Made by a program: the position numbers and the translations under genes. DNA of 32,000 nucleotides from assembly GCF_000446015.1 (NCBI RefSeq), contig NC_022093.1, positions 1,718,260-1,750,259 of the forward strand, written 5' to 3'. Source of the DNA: Thermofilum adornatum. Lineage in GTDB: Archaea > Thermoproteota > Thermoprotei > Thermofilales > Thermofilaceae. Below, one piece after another: positions 1 to 7,397 of the stretch (its first letter is position 1; each line of letters starts with the position of its first letter). The notes under the pieces are model-generated. The model worked only from the letters and a program-made list of their open reading frames with translations. It had not been told where the DNA came from and did no database searches.

Positions 1-763
1 GCAACCACCATTCGAGATAGAGGGTCTCTTGATGCCCGTAAGCGAGAACGATGTCGAAGACGTGGAAGCACTCTTGCATGTCTACCATCGAGAATACGAA
101 TCTAAGACACGTGAAGTTGCAAGCAAAAAAGCCGAGAAAAACAGGCTTGAACAATATATTAGACAAGCAGAGGAACAGCTGAAAGAGCTTCCAAAAATAA
201 AGGAAGACCTAGACAGGCTCGAAAAAGATGTCAAAAACCTTAAGATAGAGGTCGAGGCCCGTGAAAAAGCCATACAAGTTTTGAGGGACATATCCTCGAA
301 GAGGAGGAGCATGTTTGCGCCAAGCGTAGAGCAAAACATGAACTGGATCGTTTCATACGTGACTGGAGGAAGATACAAGGCAGTAAAGATAAACCCAGAC
401 AACTACGACATAGAGGTCTACGACGCGGAGGCAGGCAGGTGGATGCGCCGCGACATATACAGCGGCGGCACCAATGACCAGATGCTTCTCGCAATGAGAA
501 TCGCATTTACGCTGGCTCTTCTACCCTCAGCGAAGGGAACCTACCCCCGGTTCTTGTTCCTAGACGAGCCGCTCGGCTCCTCTGACCAGGAGAGACGCCA
601 ACAAATAGTTAAACTCCTCGCCAACGAGCTGACCCGTGTATTCGACCAAGTCTTCCTAATTACACACGTCGAGATAGAGGAGCCTCCAAACTCCACTTTG
701 ATCGAGCTTGTAGACGGCAAAGTGGCAGAAACAAGAAGGATAACCTCACAAGAAGAAGGCTAG
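1..763 (+). CDS. SMC/Rad50/SbcC-family ABC-type ATPase, C-terminal part (5' end outside the window)
   Basis: The frame is open from nt 2 to the stop at 761-763. A K/E-rich coiled-coil-like stretch (KKAEKNRLEQYIRQAEEQLKELPKIKEDLDRLEKDVKNLKIEVEAREKA) is followed by a signature-like YSGGTNDQMLLAMRIAF, a Walker B/D-loop FLFLDEPLGSSD and an H-loop-like LITHV. Confidence 0.7.
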   Translation, partial: QPPFEIEGLLMPVSENDVEDVEALLHVYHREYESKTREVASKKAEKNRLEQYIRQAEEQLKELPKIKEDLDRLEKDVKNLKIEVEAREKAIQVLRDISSKRRSMFAPSVEQNMNWIVSYVTGGRYKAVKINPDNYDIEVYDAEAGRWMRRDIYSGGTNDQMLLAMRIAFTLALLPSAKGTYPRFLFLDEPLGSSDQERRQQIVKLLANELTRVFDQVFLITHVEIEEPPNSTLIELVDGKVAETRRITSQEEG

Positions 764-769
764 CCCTTT

Positions 770-1141
770 CTAGGCTGTCTCTAGTTTTTTCTTTATGTCT
801 CTTAGTGTGTATAGTAGTACTCCTAGACGTGTGTCTTTGTTGAATAGGACTGCTAGGTATCCTATTTGGCCTAGCTTGGTGTATATTATTCCCGAGCCGT
901 CTGGGGCGTTGACCGTGATCCATTCTGCCTCACCCTTTCCCAGCTCCGTGCTAGCCCTGTTGCCCACCTCGCTCAACACAGCTGTCAGCGCTACAACCTT
1001 CTCCTCCAGCTCCTTGTCAGCCAGACTACTAAACAAAGGCAAACCATCACTACTCGAAACAACAAAACCCTCAACACCACCAACCCTAGCCACGCCTTCA
1101 ACAACACGCCTAACCTCCTCAACACTCACATAAACCACCAT
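770..1141 (-). CDS. Roadblock/LC7 (MglB-like) domain protein
   Basis: 123 aa. It shows the typical Roadblock pattern VEGFVVSSSDGLPLFSSL ... ALTAVLSEVGNRASTELGKGE ... ITVNAPDGSGIIYTKLGQIGYLAVLF. The ATG at 1141 overlaps the 3' end of the upstream gene by 16 nt. Confidence 0.8.
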   Translation of the reverse strand: MVVYVSVEEVRRVVEGVARVGGVEGFVVSSSDGLPLFSSLADKELEEKVVALTAVLSEVGNRASTELGKGEAEWITVNAPDGSGIIYTKLGQIGYLAVLFNKDTRLGVLLYTLRDIKKKLETA

Positions 1142-1680
1142 ACTTTTAGCTCCTTGGCCAATTCGTTTAAGAATGTCCTGGTGTATATGTCGACTAGCCT
1201 GTTATAGACCTCTTCACTGATCCCTGTGGCTTTCTTGAAAACTCTCTGCCTTATTATTTCGTAGCTGAGAATCATGACGGCGAGATTCCACCCAAAGACC
1301 TTTGCAAGCATAACTATATGGCTCGGTTCACCGTCGCTTGTCTTCAGAGTCTCAGATAGAAAAACAGAGACCAAGGGAGATAGAGAGTGCAAGGGGAAAC
1401 CTCCCCTAACAAGCAATAGGCCAATCCTAGCGACATCTAGGCAGTGACGCTCGCCGTAATCACTCTGGAAAATAGTTGTGAACCAATATTCAAAAAGCCT
1501 CTTGGATCTTGTCTCGTCTAGCCCGGCCTTTTTCAAGGCTTCTGACAAATCATTGTTTTTTGATATCGAGTCTAGTGCTGTCCTCACTATTTCTTCTTTC
1601 CTTGCAGAAATTGCTTTGTATATTTCCTTTAAGTTTTTCTTAACGTCTTCTGTTATACCCAAGAGAAGAGAACTCTTCAC
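1126..1680 (-). CDS. Hypothetical protein, globin-coupled-sensor-like (protoglobin-fold) domain, paralogue A
   Basis: 184 aa, all-helical composition. By eye the layout matches sensor-globin domains: LLLGITEDVKKNLKE, then IFQSDYGERHCLDVARIGLLLVRGGFP, then FGWNLAVMILSY. It is a clear paralogue of 1877..2458. Coding status is confident; the fold assignment is tentative. Confidence 0.45.
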   Translation of the reverse strand: MKSSLLLGITEDVKKNLKEIYKAISARKEEIVRTALDSISKNNDLSEALKKAGLDETRSKRLFEYWFTTIFQSDYGERHCLDVARIGLLLVRGGFPLHSLSPLVSVFLSETLKTSDGEPSHIVMLAKVFGWNLAVMILSYEIIRQRVFKKATGISEEVYNRLVDIYTRTFLNELAKELKVWWFM

Positions 1681-1876
1681 AGCCAGAAACTAGAATGGTT
1701 CTTAGAGATTCCTCATGCGCCACAACATCCAACCGTAATGATTGAATATAACTCTAGAGGTAAACTATGTTTTACTATTAACTAATCCAGCTACTTCACA
1801 AACTTTCCTACGATTTGAAACAGTGCTTGGAAAGGGGAAGCTAACCTATTAGCTATTTAGCCTGTCAAGGCCACGT

Positions 1877-2458
1877 CTAAGCCAGTTCTTTGTCTATATT
1901 CCTGTAAATTTTCTCAGCTGTAAGCTTCAATAGACGATCATAACTTCCACTAGTGATACCTAGGCTGTTCGCGAAAACCTCTTCATCTATCGTAAAGTAA
2001 CTCTCCATCATGTTTGACAGCAACCATCCACATGCTTGTATGATTGCCTTTACCTGATTGGAATTTGAATGGCTATGCCTTACAATTTCTTGAGAAAGAA
2101 TGAACATAAGCATGATAAGCATCCTAGGCGGGATGCCTATCTTTATTAGATCAAAAGTCAACCTGGCGATTCTAACTGTATGTTCTTCGCTGAAGTCTCC
2201 TTTAAACATCTCATCTAATATGTTTTCCAAAATACCTCTAACGTATCCAGGTTCAAGCCCCCTCTCGCGAAATATTCGGGCTAACTCAGAGTTCTGCAGA
2301 AGGGAATACATACAGGCATGAACAATTTCATCCTTACTTAAATTGACCATATGAGACATATCGTGGAGAGTTGTCTTAGTCTGATTATTTATCCCGAGTA
2401 GAAGACTCGAGTATAACCCATTTTTTAGTATTTTCTCTCGCAAACTCATGAATCTCAC
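1877..2458 (-). CDS. Hypothetical protein, globin-coupled-sensor-like (protoglobin-fold) domain, paralogue B
   Basis: 193 aa. It is collinear with paralogue A: SSLLLGI, EIV, MFKGDFSEEHTVRIARLTFDLIKIGIPP, CGWLLSNMMESY, GITSGSYDRL. The ORF begins with GTG at 2458. An ATG at 2449, about 20-25 nt downstream of the TATA-like AAAAATAATTTATAG, is an equally likely start. Confidence 0.45.
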   Translation of the reverse strand: MRFMSLREKILKNGLYSSLLLGINNQTKTTLHDMSHMVNLSKDEIVHACMYSLLQNSELARIFRERGLEPGYVRGILENILDEMFKGDFSEEHTVRIARLTFDLIKIGIPPRMLIMLMFILSQEIVRHSHSNSNQVKAIIQACGWLLSNMMESYFTIDEEVFANSLGITSGSYDRLLKLTAEKIYRNIDKELA

Positions 2459-2545
2459 TATAAATTATTTTTACAATCATATAAACTTTTTAGATATTAA
2501 ACCTTTAGAAAAAATCCATTTTCTTGTGCAAATTTGCCTATATCC

Positions 2546-2575
2546 AAAAAAATAAGAACTACCAAGTAGGTTCTT
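2546..2575 (-). terminator. Hairpin plus T7 tract downstream of the AbrB-like gene
   Basis: The minus strand reads AAGAACCTAC-TTG-GTAGTTCTT (9-bp stem with one bulge) followed by ATTTTTTT. It lies about 80 nt after the stop at 2656. Confidence 0.3.
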
Positions 2576-2655
2576 TAGTACCTATACCTTGAAACAATAC
2601 GAATGTGTTGCCAGCGTGATATTCCACGTTAAAATAGCTCATATAGCAAATGTTT

Positions 2656-2910
2656 CTATAACCAAGCATTTTCAGTGCGTCTTTCCAGCCATTTCTCTTC
2701 ATTCTCATCTAGCTCCCTCTCAAACATGTCAACATCAAACTTTGGGCCCTCACCCCTCGCCCTAAGCTCAGCCCATAAGTCTCTCGCCCTCAAAACAAGT
2801 TCATCACCTTTAACCTCTAGCTCGAGAACCATGCCCTCCTTGAGCCCAAGTCTCTCTCTAACAGCCTTGGGGACAACTATGACGCCCCTCTTGCCCATCC
2901 TAACCTTCAT
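2656..2910 (-). CDS. AbrB/SpoVT-family (MazE/VapB-like) DNA-binding protein
   Basis: MKVRMGKRGVIVVPKAVRERLGLKEGMVLELEVKGDELVLR is a canonical swapped-hairpin AbrB motif. I chose the ATG at 2910 because the longer ORF (to 3036) adds a non-conserved-looking N-terminus that overlaps the 3' end of the TauE gene. Confidence 0.75.
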   Translation of the reverse strand: MKVRMGKRGVIVVPKAVRERLGLKEGMVLELEVKGDELVLRARDLWAELRARGEGPKFDVDMFERELDENEEKWLERRTENAWL

Positions 2911-3016
2911 ACTATTTGATTCTATTTTCTTCTGAGGAAATAAAAAGCTTCTGCAAAAACATCGATGGTTATAGTAAAGGAAACGAGCATTTACGAAAAT
3001 GGCAGCCCGACTCTTT

Positions 3017-3835
3017 TTATAGTAGTTGTTCTGCAATCATTATTATCCCTAGGGCTATGAATACTATTCCTATTATCTTTGAGAGGGAGGCTTCGGGAAC
3101 CTTGTTTGCATATACTGCGCCTATCCTCCCACCCACAATACTTCCTGCACCTACCAAGATGAAGGCTAATGGCGACACATATCCGTTGAGGGCATAGCCA
3201 ATAGCTCCTGATAGAGCAGTCAGAGTCATCATCAATGTGGAGGTTCCGACTGCCTTGTGTAGCGGATACTTAAGGAGAACTATGAGCGTTAGAAGAAACA
3301 TTATACCGCCTCCTGCGCCGAAGATGCCGCTGATTATCCCTAAGAGGAAACCCAAAACAAGTGAGACCGCGACCTGTATAGGCCCGACCTTTATGCTATT
3401 ATTTTGGCCCGAAACATTCTTGGTGTCCATGCTTTGAGGGGAGTGCTGGGAGCTTAGTAGCCCGATTAGTCCTTTTCCGCTTAGTCTTCCTGCACCAATG
3501 ATGACTAAAAAGATGCCAAAGCCCCTGCCTAAATTTGCGCTTGGTATGTATTTAGCAATCCTGCTTCCCACCTGTGCCCCAACCACTGCGCCAAGTGCAA
3601 GCCCCAGGCCTGATCTTAGCTCTACATTTCCCATCCTATAGTAAACAATTGACACGATTATAGAGGCTATCACGTCTACTGCGAGGCTCGTCCCAATAGC
3701 TGTGTGAATTGGAAGACCAAACAAGAGCGTTAGCGCTGGAACGACGATTAGGACGCCGCTTGATCCTATCAGCCCTGTAACGCCTCCCGAGCAAAGCCCC
3801 AAAGCTATAAGACCTAGAAGTGACAGCGAGTCCAT
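3017..3835 (-). CDS. TauE/SafE (TSUP, DUF81) family anion exporter/permease
   Basis: 272 aa polytopic membrane protein with a two-fold internal repeat. Motifs: GGVTGLIGSSGVLIVVPALTLLFGLPIHTAIGTSL and GIFGAGGGIMFLLTLIVLLKYPLHKAVGTS. Confidence 0.85.
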   Translation of the reverse strand: MDSLSLLGLIALGLCSGGVTGLIGSSGVLIVVPALTLLFGLPIHTAIGTSLAVDVIASIIVSIVYYRMGNVELRSGLGLALGAVVGAQVGSRIAKYIPSANLGRGFGIFLVIIGAGRLSGKGLIGLLSSQHSPQSMDTKNVSGQNNSIKVGPIQVAVSLVLGFLLGIISGIFGAGGGIMFLLTLIVLLKYPLHKAVGTSTLMMTLTALSGAIGYALNGYVSPLAFILVGAGSIVGGRIGAVYANKVPEASLSKIIGIVFIALGIIMIAEQLL

Positions 3836-3905
3836 CTGTCTCGCCAGACTTACCTATAACAAAACGCATAAATGACTTGCTATTATAAAGTTAGGAAGAT
3901 TAAGG

Positions 3906-3911
3906 AAAAAA
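3906..3911 (-). terminator. Oligo-T tract directly after the LivF stop
   Basis: The minus strand reads TAA-TTTTTT. Archaeal termination commonly occurs at oligo-T. Confidence 0.35.
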
Positions 3912-4625
3912 TTATTTTCCAAAGAAGAGCTTCTCTATCTCTATGTGCCTAAATTCTTCGGCTGAGCCTTCTCTGAGTATTCTCCCGCCCACAAGGACAG
4001 AGGCTTTGTCTGCTACCTCGAGGGCTCTCGCAACGTTTTGCTCCACGACTAGAACGGCTATGTTCATTGTTTCCTTTATTTCTCTGACCTTTCGCATAAG
4101 AGTTATCCCGGCTTTTGGCGAAAGACCGGCTGTAGGCTCGTCTAGTAGTAAGACCTTGGGGTTCGTCATGAGTGCGCGGGCCACTGCAAGCATCTGCCTC
4201 TCTCCGCCGCTCAGTGTCTTTGCTTTTTGGTGTCTTCTCCTCTTTATCTCGGGGAAGAGCTCGAAGATGTTCTCGATGTCTTCCTTGATTTTTGGGTCTC
4301 TGCCCCTTATAAAGGCGCCGACGTAGAGGTTTTCCTCTACGGTGAGGTTTGGGAAAACGTTGTCTAGCTGTGGAGAGTAGCTTACCCCTAGCTTGACTAT
4401 TTCTGATGGCTTTTTGCCAGTTATCTTTGTGCCGTCGAGATAGATATCTCCACTATGTATGGTCGCTATCCCAAAAACCGAGTTTAGGAGCGTGGTTTTC
4501 CCTGCACCGTTTGGGCCAAGGATAGCCAGTATTTCTCCCTTTGAAAGCTCGAGGCTTACCCCCTGGATAACCCTCATTTTGCCGTATCCAGAGTATAGTT
4601 CGCTTATTTTAAGCATTGGCATCAC
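3912..4625 (-). CDS. livF: Branched-chain amino acid (HAAT family) ABC transporter ATP-binding protein, LivF-type
   Basis: Walker A GPNGAGKTT, the LivF-typical GVSYSPQLDNVFPNLTVEENL, signature LSGGERQMLAVARAL and Walker B LLLDEPTAGL. It overlaps the upstream gene by 17 nt. Confidence 0.9.
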   Translation of the reverse strand: MMPMLKISELYSGYGKMRVIQGVSLELSKGEILAILGPNGAGKTTLLNSVFGIATIHSGDIYLDGTKITGKKPSEIVKLGVSYSPQLDNVFPNLTVEENLYVGAFIRGRDPKIKEDIENIFELFPEIKRRRHQKAKTLSGGERQMLAVARALMTNPKVLLLDEPTAGLSPKAGITLMRKVREIKETMNIAVLVVEQNVARALEVADKASVLVGGRILREGSAEEFRHIEIEKLFFGK

Positions 4626-5394
4626 CTAAATACGCCTCGATAACCCTCTTATCTGACACAACTTCGTCCGGCTTCCCCTCTGCCAATAGCTGGCCGTTGT
4701 GGAGGACATAGACGTAGTCCACGTACTGCATCATCACCTCTATTCTATGCTCCACTATTAGGAATGTGTAGCCGTTAGCATTAAGCTCCCTCACAAGCCT
4801 AAACAGGTTGTGTGCCGCTGTGGCCTCTACGCCGGCTGCCGGCTCGTCTAGCAAGAATACTCTTGCAGGCGTCATAAGGCCCCTAATGGTTTCTATGAGC
4901 TTCATGTGTGCCCCGCTCAGCTCTGAAACCCTTACGTTTGCATATTCTAGGAGGCCAAACCTATTTAGTAGTTCGATGGCCTTTTTTGCAAGCGCTTTCT
5001 CTTCTTCCTGCCAAGTCTCAGGGTTGATAGCTTTCAATGGATGCTCGCCTTTCTGGCCGAAGGGGGTCAACAGGAGGTTTTCGAGGACTGTTAGGGACTT
5101 GAACAAGCGTGGTATCTGGAAGGTCCTCACTATGCCCTTTGCAAACACCTCGTTGGGGTTTAGGCCGTCTATCCTCTCGCTGTTGCCTCCATTGTGGTAC
5201 CAGACCTCCCCCTTGTCAGGCACATAGAAGCCAGAGACCACGTTGAAGAGTGTCGTCTTTCCACTGCCGTTGGGGCCTATAAGGCCGACAACGCCTCTCT
5301 CTGGCACGCTTATACTTACATCTTGCAAAGCTACGATCCCTCCAAAAGTCTTAGTTACATTGTCTACCTCTAGGATGTTAGCCACTTTTCTCAC
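4609..5394 (-). CDS. livG: HAAT-family ABC transporter ATP-binding protein, LivG-type
   Basis: Walker A GPNGSGKTT, the LivG-typical IVRTFQIPRLFKSLTVLENL and Walker B VFLLDEPAAGV. It overlaps the permease gene by 17 nt. Confidence 0.9.
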   Translation of the reverse strand: MRKVANILEVDNVTKTFGGIVALQDVSISVPERGVVGLIGPNGSGKTTLFNVVSGFYVPDKGEVWYHNGGNSERIDGLNPNEVFAKGIVRTFQIPRLFKSLTVLENLLLTPFGQKGEHPLKAINPETWQEEEKALAKKAIELLNRFGLLEYANVRVSELSGAHMKLIETIRGLMTPARVFLLDEPAAGVEATAAHNLFRLVRELNANGYTFLIVEHRIEVMMQYVDYVYVLHNGQLLAEGKPDEVVSDKRVIEAYLGDANA

Positions 5395-6424
5395 CCTTTA
5401 CCTCTTCTTCATATACCTTCCATGCAGGTGTCTCTATCTTTCCCTCCTTCAGGATTCCCTGAGGACGGAAAAGGAGGACAACAACGATCAAGAAGCCTAC
5501 CAGGAATCCTCTGATATAGTCGGGTGAGATAATTGTTATGCCGAGCTGTGGCGTCACAAAGGCGAGGAGCCTGTCAAAGAGAGTAAAGATAGCGGCACCT
5601 AGAAGCGAACCTTCAAGGTTGCCCATACCTCCAAGAATTATCATTGCCCAAACATTGAATGTAACTGCAGGAACAAATATGTCTGGATTAATTGAGCTAT
5701 AGTAAAAGGCTAAGAGTACACCGGCCATACCAGCGAAACCCGACCCAATAAAGAGAACCATTGCCTTAAGCCTTGGTACGTGTTTGCCTAGGCACAGTGC
5801 AGCTATCTCGTCATCTCTTACTGCCCTTAGTGTTCGCCCGAGTGGCGAATTGTAGAGACGGCGAAATACAAAGTAAGTAAGTGCTAGAAGAGCCAATACG
5901 ATAAATAGGTAGAGCAATGCCCTCAGCGTTGGATTAGGTACCCAGGCAAATGGGTGCGGAATAGACATTATGCCCTTGCTTCCTCCTAGTGGCTCATAGT
6001 GTTGGACAAAGATCCTGAAAAGCTCGCCTGTACTAAGTAATGTGAAGCCTACAAATGCCGGTCCAACCCTTATAATTGGATAGCTAAGGAGATACCCTAC
6101 TATGCCGGCTACCAGAAAAGCTAAAACCAATGATGCTACCAGTAGTCCTATATCGAGAATAGGATTCTTCGTAGCTAGTTCGCCTAGAAGCACAATTCCC
6201 TCGATATCAAAGGGTGAAACTTTAGATGTATCTACACCGCTAAGCAAAAGGAAAAGGTAAACCGTCAAAGCTGCACCGATATAGGCTCCGAGGCCATAGA
6301 AAAACACCTTTCCAAAGTTTGTCACACCGCTAGTGCCAGACTCGAAGTTCAGGCTTACAGCGAGTATACCATATATCCCTAAGAACGTAAGCCAGCTTAT
6401 CAGGAAACCAACCACATCTATCAT
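5378..6424 (-). CDS. livM: HAAT-family ABC transporter permease, LivM-type
   Basis: 348 aa polytopic protein. Motifs: FGKVFFYGLGAYIGA and SPLGRTLRAVRDDEIAALCLG (the LivM-type ...AIReNe.aA..lG motif). Confidence 0.85.
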   Translation of the reverse strand: MIDVVGFLISWLTFLGIYGILAVSLNFESGTSGVTNFGKVFFYGLGAYIGAALTVYLFLLLSGVDTSKVSPFDIEGIVLLGELATKNPILDIGLLVASLVLAFLVAGIVGYLLSYPIIRVGPAFVGFTLLSTGELFRIFVQHYEPLGGSKGIMSIPHPFAWVPNPTLRALLYLFIVLALLALTYFVFRRLYNSPLGRTLRAVRDDEIAALCLGKHVPRLKAMVLFIGSGFAGMAGVLLAFYYSSINPDIFVPAVTFNVWAMIILGGMGNLEGSLLGAAIFTLFDRLLAFVTPQLGITIISPDYIRGFLVGFLIVVVLLFRPQGILKEGKIETPAWKVYEEEVKGEKSG

Positions 6425-6430
6425 CTGGCT

Positions 6431-7396
6431 TCACCCCCTTTTTCTCCTATACCTGAATGGTAAACCACCAGCTGCGCCAAGAGGTGGAAAAGCAATCAAG
6501 ATAACAATCAATGTTACAAATGTCAAGAAGGTTCTAAAGCTAGTTGGGACACCGAACCAAGCATTCAGGAAACTAATGCCGACATTCTCTATGAGGGCAA
6601 TCACGAATGCTCCAATGCCTGTCTTAACCAATGAGACCAGCCCCCCGATAAATGCAACGGTGAAGACTTGTAGAATCATAGCGTCGCCGGTTGTAGGCGT
6701 GACTGTTCCCGAGAAACTTGTCCAAATTGCTCCACCTATCCCGACTATGCCGCCCGTTATCAGCCATGTAACAGTTATTACCTTGTTCCTGGGTATCCCA
6801 GAAATCTCGGCCAAGACCGGGTTGTCTGCAACGGCGCGCATCGCTTTTCCCAGCGAGGTTTTATTCAGGAAAAAGTAGAGAAATACAACCATGCCGACAG
6901 CTGCCACAAGAACCGCAATGAAGCCGCCAGACAACCTTAGGCCCCCTATCGTGATTTCTGGTACGTCATTATAGAGTATTCTCCCATACGAGACAAAGTT
7001 GACCCCGCTAAGTGCGTGTGCTATGTCAGCCAACATGTAGAGGACATAGTTGTACATTATCCAGAGACCCATCGACGCTATCATTATGAGAGACATTGAA
7101 GCTCCTCTATCACTAAGGGGTTTAAAGACAAAAATGTGACTAGCAACAGCAAGCGTCCCAGAAACGAGGAACGCCAGTAGGCACGATAAGAGAAGGCTCT
7201 GGTTGCCAAGCAAGCCATTAAGAAATACGGCTACATAGGCTCCGTAGGTTATAAAATTGGCGTGGGCAAAGTTCATGACCCGCGTCGTTCGATAGCTAAG
7301 GGTAAGGGGTACGGCAAAGAGTAGATAGAAGAAAGAGTAAAAAAGAAAATTTATTATTGTGTTTTGGTCAAGTGGTAGCATATATTGTTGCTTCAC
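6431..7396 (-). CDS. livH: HAAT-family ABC transporter permease, LivH-type
   Basis: 321 aa polytopic protein. Motifs: VMNFAHANFITYGAYVAVFL and SLGKAMRAVADNPVLAEISGI. It starts 2 nt after the binding-protein stop. Confidence 0.85.
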   Translation of the reverse strand: MKQQYMLPLDQNTIINFLFYSFFYLLFAVPLTLSYRTTRVMNFAHANFITYGAYVAVFLNGLLGNQSLLLSCLLAFLVSGTLAVASHIFVFKPLSDRGASMSLIMIASMGLWIMYNYVLYMLADIAHALSGVNFVSYGRILYNDVPEITIGGLRLSGGFIAVLVAAVGMVVFLYFFLNKTSLGKAMRAVADNPVLAEISGIPRNKVITVTWLITGGIVGIGGAIWTSFSGTVTPTTGDAMILQVFTVAFIGGLVSLVKTGIGAFVIALIENVGISFLNAWFGVPTSFRTFLTFVTLIVILIAFPPLGAAGGLPFRYRRKRG

Positions 7397-7397
7397 C

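Noticed and set aside
82-1133. Antisense or alternate-frame ORFs from the track (82..402, 240..506, 660..923, 795..1133).
   Set aside because: They lie entirely within, and opposite or out of frame to, genes with clear family motifs (the SMC-like ATPase and Roadblock). Their translations are low-complexity S/L/R/P-rich, typical of shadow ORFs. The same reasoning applies to the many other internal antisense ORFs in the track, for example 3943..4326, 4808..5227, 6333..6878, 7359..7838, 14113..14397, 17249..17599, 18559..18885, 25738..25950 and 26801..27184.
1681-1876. Small RNA (C/D-box sRNA or tRNA) in the 196-nt spacer between the globin-like genes. The 219-nt spacer at 29184..29402 and the 187-nt spacer at 30737..30923 were examined in the same way.
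   Set aside because: I found no RUGAUGA/CUGA box pairs at appropriate spacing, no GC-rich cloverleaf-type stems and no conserved tRNA elements. The sequences look like AT-rich promoter and spacer DNA.
1-2458. SMC-like ATPase, Roadblock and the small helical proteins as an anti-phage defence system (Lamassu/Wadjet-like).
   Set aside because: The ATPase converges on the other genes rather than being co-oriented with them. No nuclease or effector domain is visible. Only the C-terminal third of the ATPase is in the window. The evidence is insufficient.
2911-3036. N-terminal extension of the AbrB-like ORF (the 126-aa model).
   Set aside because: The extra 42 codons (MQNNYYKKSRAAIFVNARFLYYNHRCF...) overlap the TauE gene's 3' end and look like AT-rich promoter sequence. 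The AbrB domain starts at the internal MKVRMGKRG.
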